Source: Eledone cirrhosa (lineage: Eukaryota). Taken from it: a DNA stretch of 64,000 nucleotides. The stretch lies in contig OZ024740.1 of NCBI GenBank assembly GCA_964016885.1, positions 279,062,001 through 279,126,000 of the forward strand, read 5' to 3'. Numbering within the stretch: the stretch's first letter is position 1; every line of letters starts with the position of its first letter. Made by a program: the position numbers and the translations under genes. Shown piece by piece: positions 50,120-64,000 of this stretch. Under the pieces are notes generated by a model. That model searched no databases. It was not told the DNA's origin and saw nothing but the letters and a program-made list of their open reading frames with translations.

Positions 50120-51080
50120 CAAATGTCGGACTCTCTCCAGAGTCCCGTGATAAGGCTGCATTGCCCAAGCAATTTGGGGGTCTTGGTCTCTCCCTCGCTT
50201 CCTTTCTTCTACCCACGTTTGCTCTACCCTGGTGAGCAACATCCTTTCCTCTCCAACATGGACTAGTTCCAACAGGGAATTGGATAACGCTCTTCTACGA
50301 TGGAGTGAGTTGGGCTTGTTTGCTCCTGATAAAGCGGAGGACAGGCGGAGTCAGAGAGCTTCGGACAGCATACATTCGAGGGTCACCTTTGATTCTCTCT
50401 TCGACCACTCAGGTCAGTTCTCAAGATGCCGCTTACTGTCTGCCAGCGCTAAATACTCAAGCGACTGTGTCGATGTCCTACCCGTGGCTAACGTTGGTGG
50501 CCTACTCAGCTTGGACGAGCTTCGTGTCTCCATTGCCCTCAGAGTGGGAGTCGACGTATATACGGGTCTGAGGTGTCGGTGTGGCAAACTCTTCGACTCC
50601 ACAGGTCTCCACGTTCTTTCTTTCCGCCTGAATGCCGGTCACTTTGATTGTCACACGGAGCTAAACCTCATCTTTAAAAGGGCTTTGGCCTGGGTAAACA
50701 TCCCCTCAATTTTGGAACCGTCTGGGTTGTCCAGAATTGACGGGAAAAGCCCTGTGCCCCTGGTTAAGAGACAGGTGCCTTATCTGGGATGTCACCATGA
50801 GCGACTCTTTTGCTTCTTCCCACATCTTGGATGCAGCGGTAAGGGCAAGAGTTACAGCTTCCGCAGCCGATCGGAACAAAATCCTAAAATACCGTGTTCT
50901 GTCGGCTAACAACATTTTCCAGCCTGTGGCGTTCGAGACGTTTGGTGGAGTCGAGCTACTGACTGCGGGATTCTTATCTTCACTGGCGGCTCGTCTAACA
51001 GAAGTAACCGGTGATGCCTGTGAGGGCGCTGGGTTGTTCCAGCGCATCAGCCTCGCCATCACCTGAGGCGATATTATTAT
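50120..51080 (+). mobile_element. CRE-clade non-LTR retrotransposon 3' portion (zinc knuckle plus RLE), frameshifted
   Basis: LPKQFGGLG, CRCG...GLHVLS, EPSGLSRIDGK, PW...LIWDVT, FQPVAFETFG, LFQRISLAI (ORFs 50232-50909 and 50737-51066). Confidence 0.85.
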
Positions 51081-51581
51081 ATTTCGTGCTCCTCGCGATA
51101 TTATTATATTTTGCCCTGGTAGCGACTCGTTTGTCCACTCCTTTCGCCTGCCTTTTGTTGCATGTGTTTCTAGATGTGTATATTACCTGCTTATGTTTTT
51201 TCCTCTTTCTTTTTCCCTTCAATTTCTTTTGTATATATTATATTTGTTTGCGTTTTCTTTCTATAAGCATTATATTATTATATATATATTTTTATACAAC
51301 TGTGAAAAAAATTCCGCATTATAATTGTAGCGGTTGTCTCCCTTGTTTTGATTGGGATCTAGAACTCCCTATATAATCATATTCCCGTTTCAGTTGCCAG
51401 TTTGCTGTTGTTAGTTTAATTTAAAAACTCGAAATATATTCTAATCGCTTAAATTTGGGAAAAAAATGTCTTATACTCTGTTCATCTTTGAAAGTTTAAT
51501 TTTCTAAGGTAGTTTTTATTCAATATTAAAAGTTTTATCGAAACTATTTAACCATTTTCAAACACTACTGAGAAATGAGAA

Positions 51582-51692
<111 letters not shown>

Positions 51693-51739
51693 TGTAATCT
51701 GTATATACCACTCACTGTTCAAGGGTCTGTCCGCCTCGT

Positions 51740-52980
51740 TGAGTCGGCCGACCGGATGGAGAAGACATTGCTCGGAGGATGGCGAGGGAGACGCGATGGA
51801 ATAATCACTTCACTTCGTGCGTGGCCAACTCCGCCCCGATAACAGTAAGTAGGGATATGGTCGACAGTCAAGAACGCTGGAAGTCTCCATTGTCACAAGC
51901 TCGACCACAAACCTATAAGAGAATGGTCGATACTTTGACAGTTTGCCCTCTTCAGCCTGGTAAGCAGCAAAGCCTGAGCTGGTACCCGAATGCACCAGGT
52001 TGCCGCTTGAAAAGGTGTCGCAACACGTGACATCCCAGATGAGGGGCTTACACCCGCGGAACGGGAAGTTTGTCCTGCCATCTATCCTTTTGCCGTCCAC
52101 TCAGTCAATCCCCGTTAGCGTGAACTGAGAAGGGAAGCCTGTCGCATTCGGACCATGCTTTGAAATTTCATTGTGAGCAGTATGGCGTGGGAGGCAGCCA
52201 GCACTTGGCGGCATGACAGTGGGTGGAGAACGAAAGAATCCACAGTGTATCTACAGCGGTATTTGTGAAGCTCACAGATCCAGAGGCCGAGCCTGAGGGA
52301 GATACCGATGCTCAAACAATCACTGAACAGCTGAATGCCAGTCGAAAGTGATGGTACTGCATTGAGTCAAGCGTCGCTGTGGGGTTGGAAAGTCAAACAA
52401 AAAGATGCCAGATGATGTTGGTCAAGTCGGCACACCAGCCTGCTCGAGGTCATGTTGCATTGGATGGCGTCCCATTTGTTTGGAGGGGGGGGGGGGACTT
52501 GACGTCTACAAAGGGGAGAAGGGGTGGATATCCGCAGGGCGGAGGCCGAGCTGGTTCTATGTCATGTAAACTGCCTCGTATTCCCCGATGACAATAGGTT
52601 TAGTTTTGTAGTGGCGAACTCTGTTGATGAGGACACGGCAAGAGGTCACCGACGAAAGAAAAGCTGGAAGGGCCAGTAAGACTGGAAACCGGAAACAGAG
52701 GCCACCATATCTGATAAGTAAGATGGACAGTTGCCATACAGTGTCATTAAATTGTTGCCAAACAGTGCATCAGATTCAGGTGTCAAGATCTATGAGGAGA
52801 GATGCGTGGCTATAGCAAGGGACACTGCAAATCGTGTGTAGAAACTTCCGCATGGCAAAGCAGTTCCTTAACAGGAAGAGTGCCGGGTGGGCGTCGATCA
52901 GGTTCAGTCTGTTCATCAGAGTTTTGAGCTGGCGAAGCTTGAACCTGTACACCAGAATATTGATGGAGCGCACTTCAATT
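51740..52980 (-). mobile_element. CRE-clade non-LTR retrotransposon relic
   Basis: HPALFLLRNCF...PCY; GGL...LALPAFLSS; DGKRIDG...LIWDVTCCDT...EEGKLSKY...MET. Confidence 0.8.
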
Positions 52981-55013
52981 TTGTGATACAGTCAGCAAAA
53001 AATAAACAAACATAGAAGACTTTATCTCCAGCAAAGGATTCCTCAGAACCCTCTTTTTACACAAAATATGAATTTATTCCATTTTCTGAACTTCAAAGTT
53101 TGTTTTGTATTATACTATTTTTCAACTGCTATTCTGACTTACTCGAAACAGTGGAGGTGAAGACACAGGTAAAGTCACCTCGAAGATGTTGCACGAACAC
53201 ATCCATAAAACAGCTCAGCACCTAGATACTGTCCGAAAATGAAGACAATATTTCAGGCTATTTATGGACATGTATTGAAATATGCAAATTTCTTTGTCCC
53301 AGTTATTTAATACACAGCACGGCAAAACATAAAATATGTGTAAAACTGAATTAGTTCAACTAGCAGAAAACCACCCAGCATGTGTAGTGTGCATATTGAT
53401 ATTATACGCAAGTATATATGCATGTAGATATGATACATAAAATAAACAGAAATTGAACGAAGACTGCGTTACACTCTCTTATATAATCAGTAATGTAATC
53501 CATGGTACATTAAAAAAAATGATATTATATATAAACTGTATTAGGAGAAAATTAGTGACGGAAATATATGAATGTTTATTTAAGTGATCGCTAACCGGAA
53601 GTGTTGACATTTGAAAATTTTAAAGAAGTGAATCTTTAAATAAGTAATAAAATATATTTAATGAACAGCCACGAAATTTAGTAGATAAATTATGTAATAT
53701 TCATTCATTATTTATTGAAAGTAACCCAACTTATTTTACAAACGGGATAAAAAAATATATTCTGGATGCAGTCCCGCACTCCTTACTTTATTATAGTTTA
53801 GCTTGAACTTCTCTGAACTATTTTTTCCAATACTTCTCCAGTTTTTTTATTCCCATGACCTACTTTCTTTTTTTTTTTTAAATATTAAACACTTCAGGTA
53901 TAAGTTCATTAATTTTACTGACTCCGATAATGTATTCATTTGGTTACGGATAACTTACATATCGAGAATTTGTAACAAAAACACAGTCAATTATACTAGA
54001 GTGAGATTATGAATCCAGGACAAAAAGTCACATACCATTTCAAAAAAGTAATTTTTATAAAACAATGGAAACATAGTTTTCAACTAGCAATAACCACATC
54101 TCGGGTATGCCTCATTGGCCATGATATCTTTAGGATATAAGAAAAAGAAGAAAAAAAGGGGGGGGGGGGGACAATTGAATACATGTCAACAATTCCAAAT
54201 GCCAACTTTGGGACCTCAATCACCCAGCTTCACAACATCAGTAGACTGTAGACCTGTTTACAGAATCCTTTCCCTTTATTACTGTCTCCTCTCATCGAAT
54301 CATGCTCCCAAAATATTGACCTAGCTTTCGAGCCCACCTTTTTATCCAAGATTGCTAACCTTGGGTAATTAATAAAAAAAACATTGGATTAATTGAGCCC
54401 CCATCATAAAATGACTATGAATGAAACTAAAAGGAAATGAAATGAAAAATACTTGCTTTTTCCTTGAAAATCTTCAATTTCGAATGAAATTTCTGAGTGA
54501 TTTATTTATGATTTTTTTAAATCCTCAAATTGAAAGACAATGATTATATGAAATAGTAATGGTTACAGGGTTGTTAATGCTCCTCATGCATATTTATCAT
54601 GAATTTATTTATATCAATCACTATCGTTTCTCTTCTGATGATAACATGCTTCCTAACAACAGGATGTTTGTAGTCAATTGCCACTCACCAATAAATTAAC
54701 TCAACAAGATAAGGTATTCGGGTATGAAACACAGAAAAGAATGAATTTGCATATGGCTGCGATAAGACCCGCACACGGAAGCGGACTGGGTCTTGAATCA
54801 GGTCCGGGAGACACTGATTAACAACTGACTGATGAAGACCAGAATCGTGTTTTCACTGCTCAGTTAAGGCGCGTTCCATTTTCGTTTCAATCTTTGCGCA
54901 GTGGTTGTGACATTAGTTTTCGTGACAATTGTTTTAGCTTATTTTCTCCTTTAACCTGCCCAGTAATCCAAAGGGACATAACATGATCAGTTCGCCTTTA
55001 CTTGCACATATTA

Positions 55014-57613
55014 CAGGGTGGGTGGAAAGAAACTCCCTATTGAAAATTACTTATAACTTTTGGCCTACTGTGATCATTTGGGACAACATCAATGACTTCA
55101 TATTCATGCAAGATGGGGCCCCTCCTCATTTTGCACGCACTCTTCGCGAGTAACTTGATGTCCAATTTCTACGACGTTGGCTGTGTTGGTGATGCCCACA
55201 TGAGTGGCCAGCAAGAAGCCCTGACTTAACACCATGCGATTTTTTCTGATGGAGTGGGCAAAGGAAAAAGTTTATAGCCCAAAATCAAAACCTCTGACTC
55301 AATTGGAAGAACGCGTTCGTCATATATTGACCAGCATACCACCTGAGTTCCCAATGAAGTTAGACGAGGATGTAGCAAGAGTTGCCTCCCTTGTTGTGAC
55401 GATCACATCACCAATAGATTAACGCTCTCTAGACATGAAGTAGCTGGAATTACTTCCCGTTTGGGGTGGCAAAACCCTTTTTGTCACTTCCATCTTGAGA
55501 CCCTATAAAAGGCATACTCAGAGCGACCTCTACCTCTCATTTGCCTTTCGGCTCCTGGCCTTCTAACCTGCCTGGCCCTTCGGCCAGGTGCGTTCGTCTG
55601 GCAACCCTAACATGGCCTCTTGCGAGCTAACTTCAAAAGAGTAACAAATAACTTTACTTCATTCTTTCATTGACTTGTCAACTATACTATTCTACATAAC
55701 TGCAAATTGTTAATTAAACGTTATATACACAATCTAGTGTCTTGTTATACTCATACACACCTGTTATAAGTGGTGACCCCGAATAGAAAAGAAAAAAATA
55801 ACAGAATCTGGTATTGTGTGAGTATGGAAAAAAGAAAATTAATTAGCAGTACCCCATTTTCGTTGGAATGTGTCGACCAACATTTCGAATACGCAGCAAA
55901 CTTTATTAACAAAGTAGGAAATTACGCAGACACAGAAACGAACACACGCACATGTGAAATTCTCGTTCAGACTCTTTTTCAACATGAACATTTATTTTTG
56001 CTGAATCTCAACTATTGCTTATTCTTTCCACCAAGTTTTTTTTTTCATCGTTCACAAAAAAATTGAACTCGCCATATTTGTTATACTAAGTGAAGCCTTT
56101 CTTTCTTTTTCATCATATTGTCACGTTCACACACACATTTTTCAAAATGGCTGCCAACGACCTGTTGCACTATCATTTTCGCGCCATTTTCTCGCGCAAT
56201 AGAAATATATATTTTTTTTAACTTAACCTTGTTTCGGCACGTGTAGGCAGCACACATCTCGACTCACTGAGATACCACACGCCATGTATAATGTTTCTCG
56301 CCAAGGATTCTCCAGCCTTAAGCTATATTCTCCTATTTGCCGGTTTAAAAATTTACCACGTAAATTTGCCGTTGAAAACTGCGCATTTATTCAGAATGCT
56401 TATTTCTTTGGTCGCTGGCCTCTTGACCCTTGCAGGTCAACGCATTCTCAACATCGACCATCAACTTTGGCTGTTATTTCTAGCACATTGCGTAACTCAT
56501 TTTTTCTGGGAAAATTTTTACTGTGAATTTAAACATCGAATACGCTCACTCCGCGAGACAACAACATCAACAGCAACACAGCTTCATCAACAACCACAAC
56601 CAGCAGAACAAGCCAGAGAATTTATTTTTGCAGCACTCTTCCTGTGAGAAAATCCCTTCGGAGGTTGGAAATTTCACGTTATACCACAGACCAGAAACCA
56701 CCTGCATTCATTCTCTGGAACACACTTTCTTTCCTGCTGTCATGTGATTGCACACCTGTTAACTGTATTTTGAACATTTGAATTTTGACCTCTTCTCTTA
56801 CTTTGATTACATTGTATCTTTGGGTGATGGATAGATAGATGTCCAGTCGTTCTCTGGACAAGAGCGGTTGGCTACCTTGATATCTATCATTGATTTTTAC
56901 ATGCATATATTTTGCTGTTTTCCTTTTATTGCAAACATTATTTTTTTCGTAATTTTCATGCTTACTCCATACATGTTTCATTCGATTTTTATGTTTTAAA
57001 AATCTGGCGGGGGATAATGTAGCAAGAGTTGCCTCCCTTGTTGTGACGATCACATCACCAATAGATTAACGCTCTCTAGACAGGAAGTAGCTGGAGTTAC
57101 TTCCGGTTGGGGTGGCAGAACCCTTTTTGTCATTTCCGTCTTGAGACCCTATAAAAGGGATACTCAGAGCGATCTCTACCTCTCATTTGCCTTTCGGCTC
57201 CTGGCCTTCTAACCTGCCTGGTCCTTCGGCCAGGCGCGTTCGTCTGGCAACCCTAACATGGCCTCTTGCGAGCTAACTACAAAACGGTAACAAATAACTT
57301 TACTTCATTCTTTCATCTACTTTCATTGACTTGTCAGCTATACTATTCTACATAACTGCAAATTGTTAATTAAACGTTATATACACAACTGAGTCTCCTG
57401 TTATATTCATACAATCCAGTACACTGTTATAAGGATATACCCAAACGATTACAAACACTGATACACAATGCTGGTGTCTATGTTGAATTTTAACACTGTT
57501 GTGTACTTCTTCCATTATACTGTTGAAAATAAAACATGATTTATGAAACTCGAAAAATAATTTGTTAAATTTATTAACAATTTTAAATAGGGAGCTTCTT
57601 TCCACCCACCCTA
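55014..57613 (+). mobile_element. Internally deleted Tc1/mariner-superfamily DD41D (rosa/VS-type) transposon, split by an LTR element
   Basis: TIRs CAGGGTGGGTGGAAAGAAACTCCCTATT / AATAGGGAGCTTCTTTCCACCCACCCT with TA flanks. Relic FMQDGAPPHF...WPARSPDLTPCDFF with 41 residues between the last two catalytic Asp and two in-frame stops. Confidence 0.88.
55371..57431 (+). mobile_element. Non-autonomous LTR retrotransposon: LTRs 55371-55768 and 57018-57431, tRNA-Trp PBS, PPT, 4-bp TSD
   Basis: Highly similar direct repeats starting TGTAGCA and ending TGTTATA; PBS TGGTGACCCCGA (55771-55782); PPT GGCGGGGGATAA (57006-57017); TSD AGGA (55367-55370 and 57432-57435). No gag/pol motifs recognised internally. 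Confidence 0.92.
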
Positions 57614-58374
57614 TACAATGCCAAACTTAATCATCCTCACAGCACTTAATGTTAGCGAAACCTATTAATTTATTACGACGCAGCAATGAATTGTAAATTA
57701 ACAATACTGATGCAAACTACTTAATTGTAGTACCAAAGGTCAGAAGTTATCAGGTGAATATCTCGGAGAAAGTAATTCCTTCCACTAAACTTTTCAACAT
57801 TATATCCCCTATGATTGTTATAAGCGCTTTCTGGTTTCCACTTACCAGAATAAATTTAATTCGCTTTTCATCTATTACCTACCATTTTATATAACTTAAT
57901 CGAAACACCCTCACCTATCCAGCTTCTTTTTATTCGTACAAGCGCACACACAAGACCTCTGTGGAATGCTTACTGCCTACCCTGAGTATTTACGACAGGT
58001 GCCTGAATGGGGTGCTATACGGATTATCGTAGGCTGTCTAAACAAGCATTCTACAATATGAACAAATTCAAAGTAACATATTATTCGAAAATGAAGGTAC
58101 ATGATTTGATTAGTAATGTTAATTAATATTTATTAAGAAAACAATTTACAAAAGTGATAAAAAAAAGAAAAAAACAAATTAAAAAAGAGTGATAATGTTA
58201 ACGTTTGCTTCCTTCTGAATTCCCATTGGGGTCTCGGAATAGGTAATGAGCGAAAGAATACGATCGTGAATATAAGTGGCCAAAATGGGGCTCCTCCAAA
58301 ATGTCTTTGGTGTAACATTACACAATAAGGTGCGTAGTTAGGCGTTCAAGGACTCACTCTAGGCAGAGCCGCTA

Positions 58375-58645
58375 ATTCTCTGAATCGAGAGATCACAGCT
58401 CCACTACTACGGACATGTAATTAGAATGCATAAGGAAAAATTCGCTGGACAGATTTTACGACAAAGTTAACCGACAGGAGACCCAGACGTAGACAACGAG
58501 CAAGATGGTTGGAGACTATTTATAAGCTCGGTTAATCTGGCTTAGGAATCCAGCTGCATCATTTGGAGACGGCTGCTTCTGATAGGATCCCCTGGAAGAC
58601 TCTGATTTCACAACCCTCCCAGGAATAAGTGGACGAAGAAGAAGG
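58375..58645 (+). mobile_element. RTE LINE 3' end fragment
   Basis: Homologous to 478-690 and 29945-30195. Confidence 0.75.
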
Positions 58646-58689
58646 ATGATAGTAGATGAAGGGGAAAAAACTCTGCACCTTTTGCTGGA

Positions 58690-59390
58690 CAACATATCTC
58701 AGGTGTGACCTGCAGACGAGGTGGCGAAATCATTGCCACGGAGAACCAACAGCATTCATTGTACTCCACGGTGATCTTTCCTGAGGCGTGATGCCTTCCT
58801 CCCAATTTGGAAGGAGTAAACGGTACTCTGTGGAATGGCAACATTGGAGGTCTCGATGGCAACAGGTACAAAAAGGAAACAATGCCTGATATTTAGTCAT
58901 CTTCCGATCATCTGCTTTGCATGTGGTATCACTTGGGTTTGTGACTGAAGCGTTGAAATTGCATCGGCGAAAGTGTCGCAACATATGACATCTCAGATGA
59001 ATGAAAGAAGGGCTGTCTTGTCTGGGCGTTTACCGTCATCAGTTGTGACTAGTCGCATCGAAGTTCCTCTTAATGACATCGCTTAAAGCGACGTGTCGAC
59101 AAGGGAGTGAATGTAGTTCAAACACACCGACAGTGGTTCTACAGTGGCATTTGTGTGACTCAAACACGCGGAAGTCAAGGTGTAGAGCCACTTCGATGTG
59201 GGTGCGCCCATTATCAAGAAGAGTACCGATTGATGAAGAGGACACCTAATTGAGTCACGCGCCGCTGTTCGGCTGTGAAGTAGGCCAAAGGCAGGCGAGA
59301 CGATTTTGATCAAGAGAGTATTTAATCCTCGTGCTCGTAGGACTGCTTTTGGTGTCCTAGTCGCGTTCTGGTGGGGGTAGTGAGACAACC
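58690..59390 (-). mobile_element. CRE-clade non-LTR retrotransposon relic
   Basis: Reverse strand resembles SSIGTLLDN...CHC...HSLPCRH...DDGKRPD...FI(W)DVICCDT...DDRKMTKY. Confidence 0.7.
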
Positions 59391-60634
59391 GTTAACTCAT
59401 ACAGCTAGAGGAGGTGACTCAAGTTCCAGGTCTACATTAGGTAACGACATATTGCGAGAAAATATAATGAACATTTGGAGGGCAAAGATATGAATAAATA
59501 AAAAAATAAATTGAGCTAAGGGAAATAACTCAAAAGAAAATGAATTTCTATAAATATCTAAAGGTATGATATACTAAACACTATACAAAAACCTAATTGA
59601 AATTACCCTTTTAGTTGAAGAAAGAAAATATAATCCTAGTGACAATTCTGTGCGACTGTCAGGCAAATATATTTTTTAATAAAGGGAGATTAATAGGACA
59701 TCACTAATGTTTAGCGACGGTGTTGGGTCAAAATTCACCTGATAATTTTTCTGCCACGATTACACGATCATTAAAAGCAGTAGCAGGCGTTGTCATTGGA
59801 TTTATACAGCGGCAATCGCACACCTCCTCATTCACATTTGGTATCTAACAAGACTGAACGTCACTTAGTTGTTATTTTCGATAAATCAACAGCAACGACA
59901 ACATGACTCAAAAAGAGAATCAAGTCCGAGTTTGGGTTGATGGATGGTGAGTGTTTCAGTTTTATTCGCTAAGCGCATTATATATATTTTTAATGTTAAC
60001 ACTACATTCAACTGGTGTATTAATAACACCAGTGTCCAGACGTCTGAAACCACGTCTTATGTTTCAAGAACGAGCAGCACCCACTATTATAAATTCATAC
60101 TTCTTCGGTTTCCCTATTTATAGTTGTTTTGGCACTTATTCGTTTAAGCATGGGTGTTTTTAATTCTTATGTCTAATTTATTATGTTTTAATAAGTAAAT
60201 CAATAAAAAGCGCCCCCGGGTTTCTATGTTTTGAACACCAGCGACTCAGAATCTGCAAAATGATTTTAAAAAATGATTTAAAAAAAAATCAGAACCTGAT
60301 TATGGTTAGGGAATTTATAACTAATCCGATTTAAAAAATGATTTAGAAATATATTTCATTGGCATTTGACGAGAAGAGAGATATGTTATTTGCATGTCTA
60401 ATTATACTTTCATTTTAAAGATAGAATTTAAAATTTATTTTAGAAGTGAAACAGTACAATACTTATTGCTATTGTATTTTAAAGTACTTTTTATATTGAT
60501 TTTAAAAGAATAAAAATATGAATACATAAATCCGAAGAAGTTAATAGGGGAGGGTAAGAGATCCACCCTTAAAAAAATAAATGTGTATTAACTGTATAAA
60601 TGCGTATGCTTTTACAGTTCTCTTTATTAATTTT

Positions 60635-60636
<2 letters not shown>

Positions 60637-60700
<64 letters not shown>
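60637..60700. repeat. (CT)n(AT)n compound microsatellite
   Basis: Directly visible. Confidence 0.95.
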
Positions 60701-60702
<2 letters not shown>

Positions 60703-61253
60703 CGTGGACCACCCCCTTCATAATCTTCGTTTGGGAAGCAAAGCCATGAAAATAAAAATATGTGTGTATCGATATATTGATTTCATGTAATTGATATAAT
60801 AGTAACACTCAAAGTTAAAACCAACCCCTCTGCTATAGGCAACGCCCTAAATTCCAGCTGATATTCGCGAGTTTGTCCTACAGAAAGTAAATACAATACT
60901 TTTTGATCGTACGATCTGCTGATGTAACACCTCGATGGGTTTAACTTTAGCAACTGATGGTTTCAAGATATCACGTGATTTTCTCCGATGAAAACTTTTA
61001 TTTCATCGCCCTGACGTTATAGCTTGAAATAACAATCGCTATTCCCTGAAAATTTATTTTCCTAAATAGTTTACAATATACAGTGTGTCCGTATATATTT
61101 GTATAAACGCATGTGCATGCGCACGGTAGCCAGTGTCTATGTAATTAATATTCTTTCAATTTCGCTTTAATTATTTAGTTATCCACTTATACTAGATTTT
61201 TACCTACATTAAAACTAGAATGTTATTGTAATGTGTGTGTCTGTGTGTGTGTA

Positions 61254-61307
<54 letters not shown>

Positions 61308-62394
61308 ATGATATTAAATAAATGGAAACTATATTTATAAAACCATATTTATTCTATTATATATATTTCAAGGGTACCAAAATTTTTGGTACGCTATCAT
61401 CAGATAAAATACGAAGTGTGTTTTATAAATTTTGACATAACTAAGGAGAATATACCTTAACGGTTCAAGGTGTAAACAATTTTTTTGGCAGTAAGATGGT
61501 CCCCATCCTGGCCAACGGGGCCCTGTGCTTAAGCATAATGGTAAATCCGGTACTGCACACATTACAATGAAACAAATGGGACACAAACATTACGAAATAT
61601 TTATCATGGTTTTAAAGCTCACTTTCACCGCTAGCGCGAACCTGTTAGTACACAGGAAAATCTCTTAAGTAACAGGACTCAAACTTGGTGCTGAAGAAAA
61701 TATTAATCTCTATGATATTGAGTACTCATTTTCGCGATCGTCAATATTAAGCAGATACACACACATATATGTATGTGTCTCTGTGTATTATATGCAGCTA
61801 ACATTGCCTGCTGGACACATCCTTTCTAAACTGTCGATTTACCCGCTTTCGATAGCGGTATCGAGTAGTATTGATGCTACCAAGGAATGCCCTGGTTCCT
61901 TTAGCTCACACTCTAGTCTGCTAGGCGCTGTTGTAACCACTCCAACCATGCAGCAGTTATTTTGTATTAACACTCGTGTGTTTTTCTCTCACCTTTGACT
62001 CCTCCCCCCCGCCCACTCTCACGCACACAAAATTCGTTTCTGTGAGAAAAATATTAAATATATATACAGTACAGTTTATATATTTAGAGATCTAAGATAT
62101 GAAACTAGCGCTACTTAGTTTCACGTCAACGGCAAGTCATACATATATACAATGATCTCCAAAATTCCACTTACAAGGTATTGATCACTGTTATATTAGA
62201 ATACACTTGTCAAAGATGTTGTGCAATGGGATCGAACATGGAACTACATGCACATACATACAAATATAATATGTACATATAGTTATCAAAATCTGAGGTG
62301 TACCTGTGTTTATGTTTAATGATGAAAACCAATGCTGTGTCAAAAAGCATGACCTAGCAGTCCAATAAATATAGAGTGATGAAATAAGTTACCT

Positions 62395-62985
62395 TGTTAC
62401 CATGTTCCTGCAGCTGATGTACAGAAAAAGGGTCTCAATCTGTCTTCACTTTTATCAGTCTTGAGCAAGTTTTGGAGCCTGGTACTTGTTGGTCTTTCTT
62501 TTTCACAGGTCTTCTTTCCCAGTTGCACGCCAAGTAGTTATTGGTCTGCCTCTCGGTCTCTTGCTCCCATGTGGTATCTAGTTCATGGCAATCTTAGCAG
62601 CTGACTAACAGGGAGGTGCAAGATGTGACCAGTAAACTGGATGCCCTTTATGTTCAGTTTTCTTGACTTTGTATGCCTCACATTGTCTCTACATGATACC
62701 TTCAAGATTCTATGAAGGCATTTCATATGCAAGATGTCAAACAGATTAACAACTTTTGAGGTCGATTTCCAAGTCTCGCATGCATATAAAGCAGTGGAGA
62801 GAACTATTGTGTTGTACTGGCTGAGTTTTATTTATTTGTTGATCACATTTGACACTCAGATTTTCTGGAGTTGTTTGAAGACTGAACTGGCTTTTGCTAA
62901 CTTGGTTTTGATATCTTATTCAATGTCACCAATGTGGGATTGTACACTCCCCATGCAAATACAACTGATGATAATGCAAATGATT
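62395..62985 (-). mobile_element. RTE LINE 3' fragment (different family)
   Basis: Reverse strand resembles LLYACETW...FHMKCLHRILKVS...FTGHIL...GRPITTW. Confidence 0.65.
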
Positions 62986-63189
62986 TATTCTGTTCTGCAG
63001 TCTTAATAATATCAGTATTAGTAACATATTTTTCAAACATAAAATCATCCATAAGCATATATGGTTGTCTCTTGATCCCCAAACAAGGAACAAAATTGAT
63101 TACATCTCCATCAGTAGCAGATGGCACTTGTCACTACAAGATATCAAGATCTATAGAGGAACTGATTGAGGAAGTGAATACTACTTGCT

Positions 63190-64000
63190 CTTTTCAAAAC
63201 TAAAATTGAAGTTCAAGAGACTTAAGGCTGGTAGGCAAATGAAATTTGATCTCACTAAGTTAAATGAAGATTCTATTAGAGAAAAGTACTAGGGCATGCT
63301 GCAAATAGGAATAATTCCAGTACCCTCTACAAAATTTTAAGAGATCTGATGGGATCACAACCAATAGATGGTGGAGTTAACAGTGCTTCTGATGATGTCA
63401 ACATTTCAATGGACAATATTTAAGATGAATTAAATTAAAAGAAAGCTTAAAATCTCTAGCAAGCAATAAGGCAGCCAATGTAGATCTTATTCTTGTTGAG
63501 CTTCTGAAAGGGTAAGGTGATCCAATAGTAAAAGAACTGTTTGTATTAATAAATATAATTTGGCACACTGCAAACGTCCTTGATGGGTGGAAATGTGGGG
63601 CAGTTGTGAAACTCCCTAAGAAAGGCAATCTATATGACTATGACAATTGGTAATAGCCAGGAAAATGTTGTGCCGAGTGTTATTAAAGTGTTTGGAGAAG
63701 CACATTCACCTTAAACTAAGAGAAGAGCTGGCAGGTTTCAGACATGGAATGTCATGTAATGAACAAAATTTTGCCCGACGGAACATTACTGAACAATCAT
63801 TACAATACTGTAACCCATCAACTTTGTAGTCACAAGAAGTCCTTTGATAGCATATATTAACGCAGATCATGGAAAATACTGAGGGTATATGGTATCCCAC
63901 AACAGTATATACAGGTTTTCTAAGAATTATACACAAATTCATGATGTGTCAAAACAGAGTATGGTACTACTGGTTACTTTGAAGTCAGCATAGAATGGTT
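63190..64000 (+). mobile_element. RTE LINE linker/RT N-terminal fragment running off the window
   Basis: LPKKGNLYDYDNW and LREELAGFRHGMSCNEQNFARRNITEQ. Confidence 0.75.

Noticed and set aside
53590-53605. Promoter inferred from the CCGGAAGTG ETS motif
   Set aside because: Isolated motif with no supportable exon nearby.

Overview
AT-rich, repeat-dense animal genomic DNA; the SINE, RTE and piggyBac-MITE content suggests a cephalopod such as Octopus (inference). Two protein-coding genes are well supported. One is a five-coding-exon, minus-strand DHHC palmitoyltransferase (ZDHHC4-like, about 360 aa, 32481-41978; all splice sites GT-AG and in phase). The other is a 204-aa plus-strand, Cys-rich folate-receptor-fold membrane/secreted protein (22519-23133). 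A possible signal-peptide exon and promoter of a third gene lie at about 7.0-9.0 kb. The rest is mostly transposon debris: RTE, CR1-like and CRE-like LINE relics, tRNA/Nin-domain SINEs with TSDs, piggyBac/hAT/Tc1-mariner MITEs, a nearly intact Penelope-like element in a ZDHHC4 intron, and a non-autonomous LTR element nested in a DD41D transposon. The most unexplained signal is a roughly 500-nt minus-strand element (20955-21452) with G-U-biased helices, a pseudoknot-type pairing order and a degenerate hammerhead core. There is also a 134-bp near-perfect palindrome at 17604-17879.
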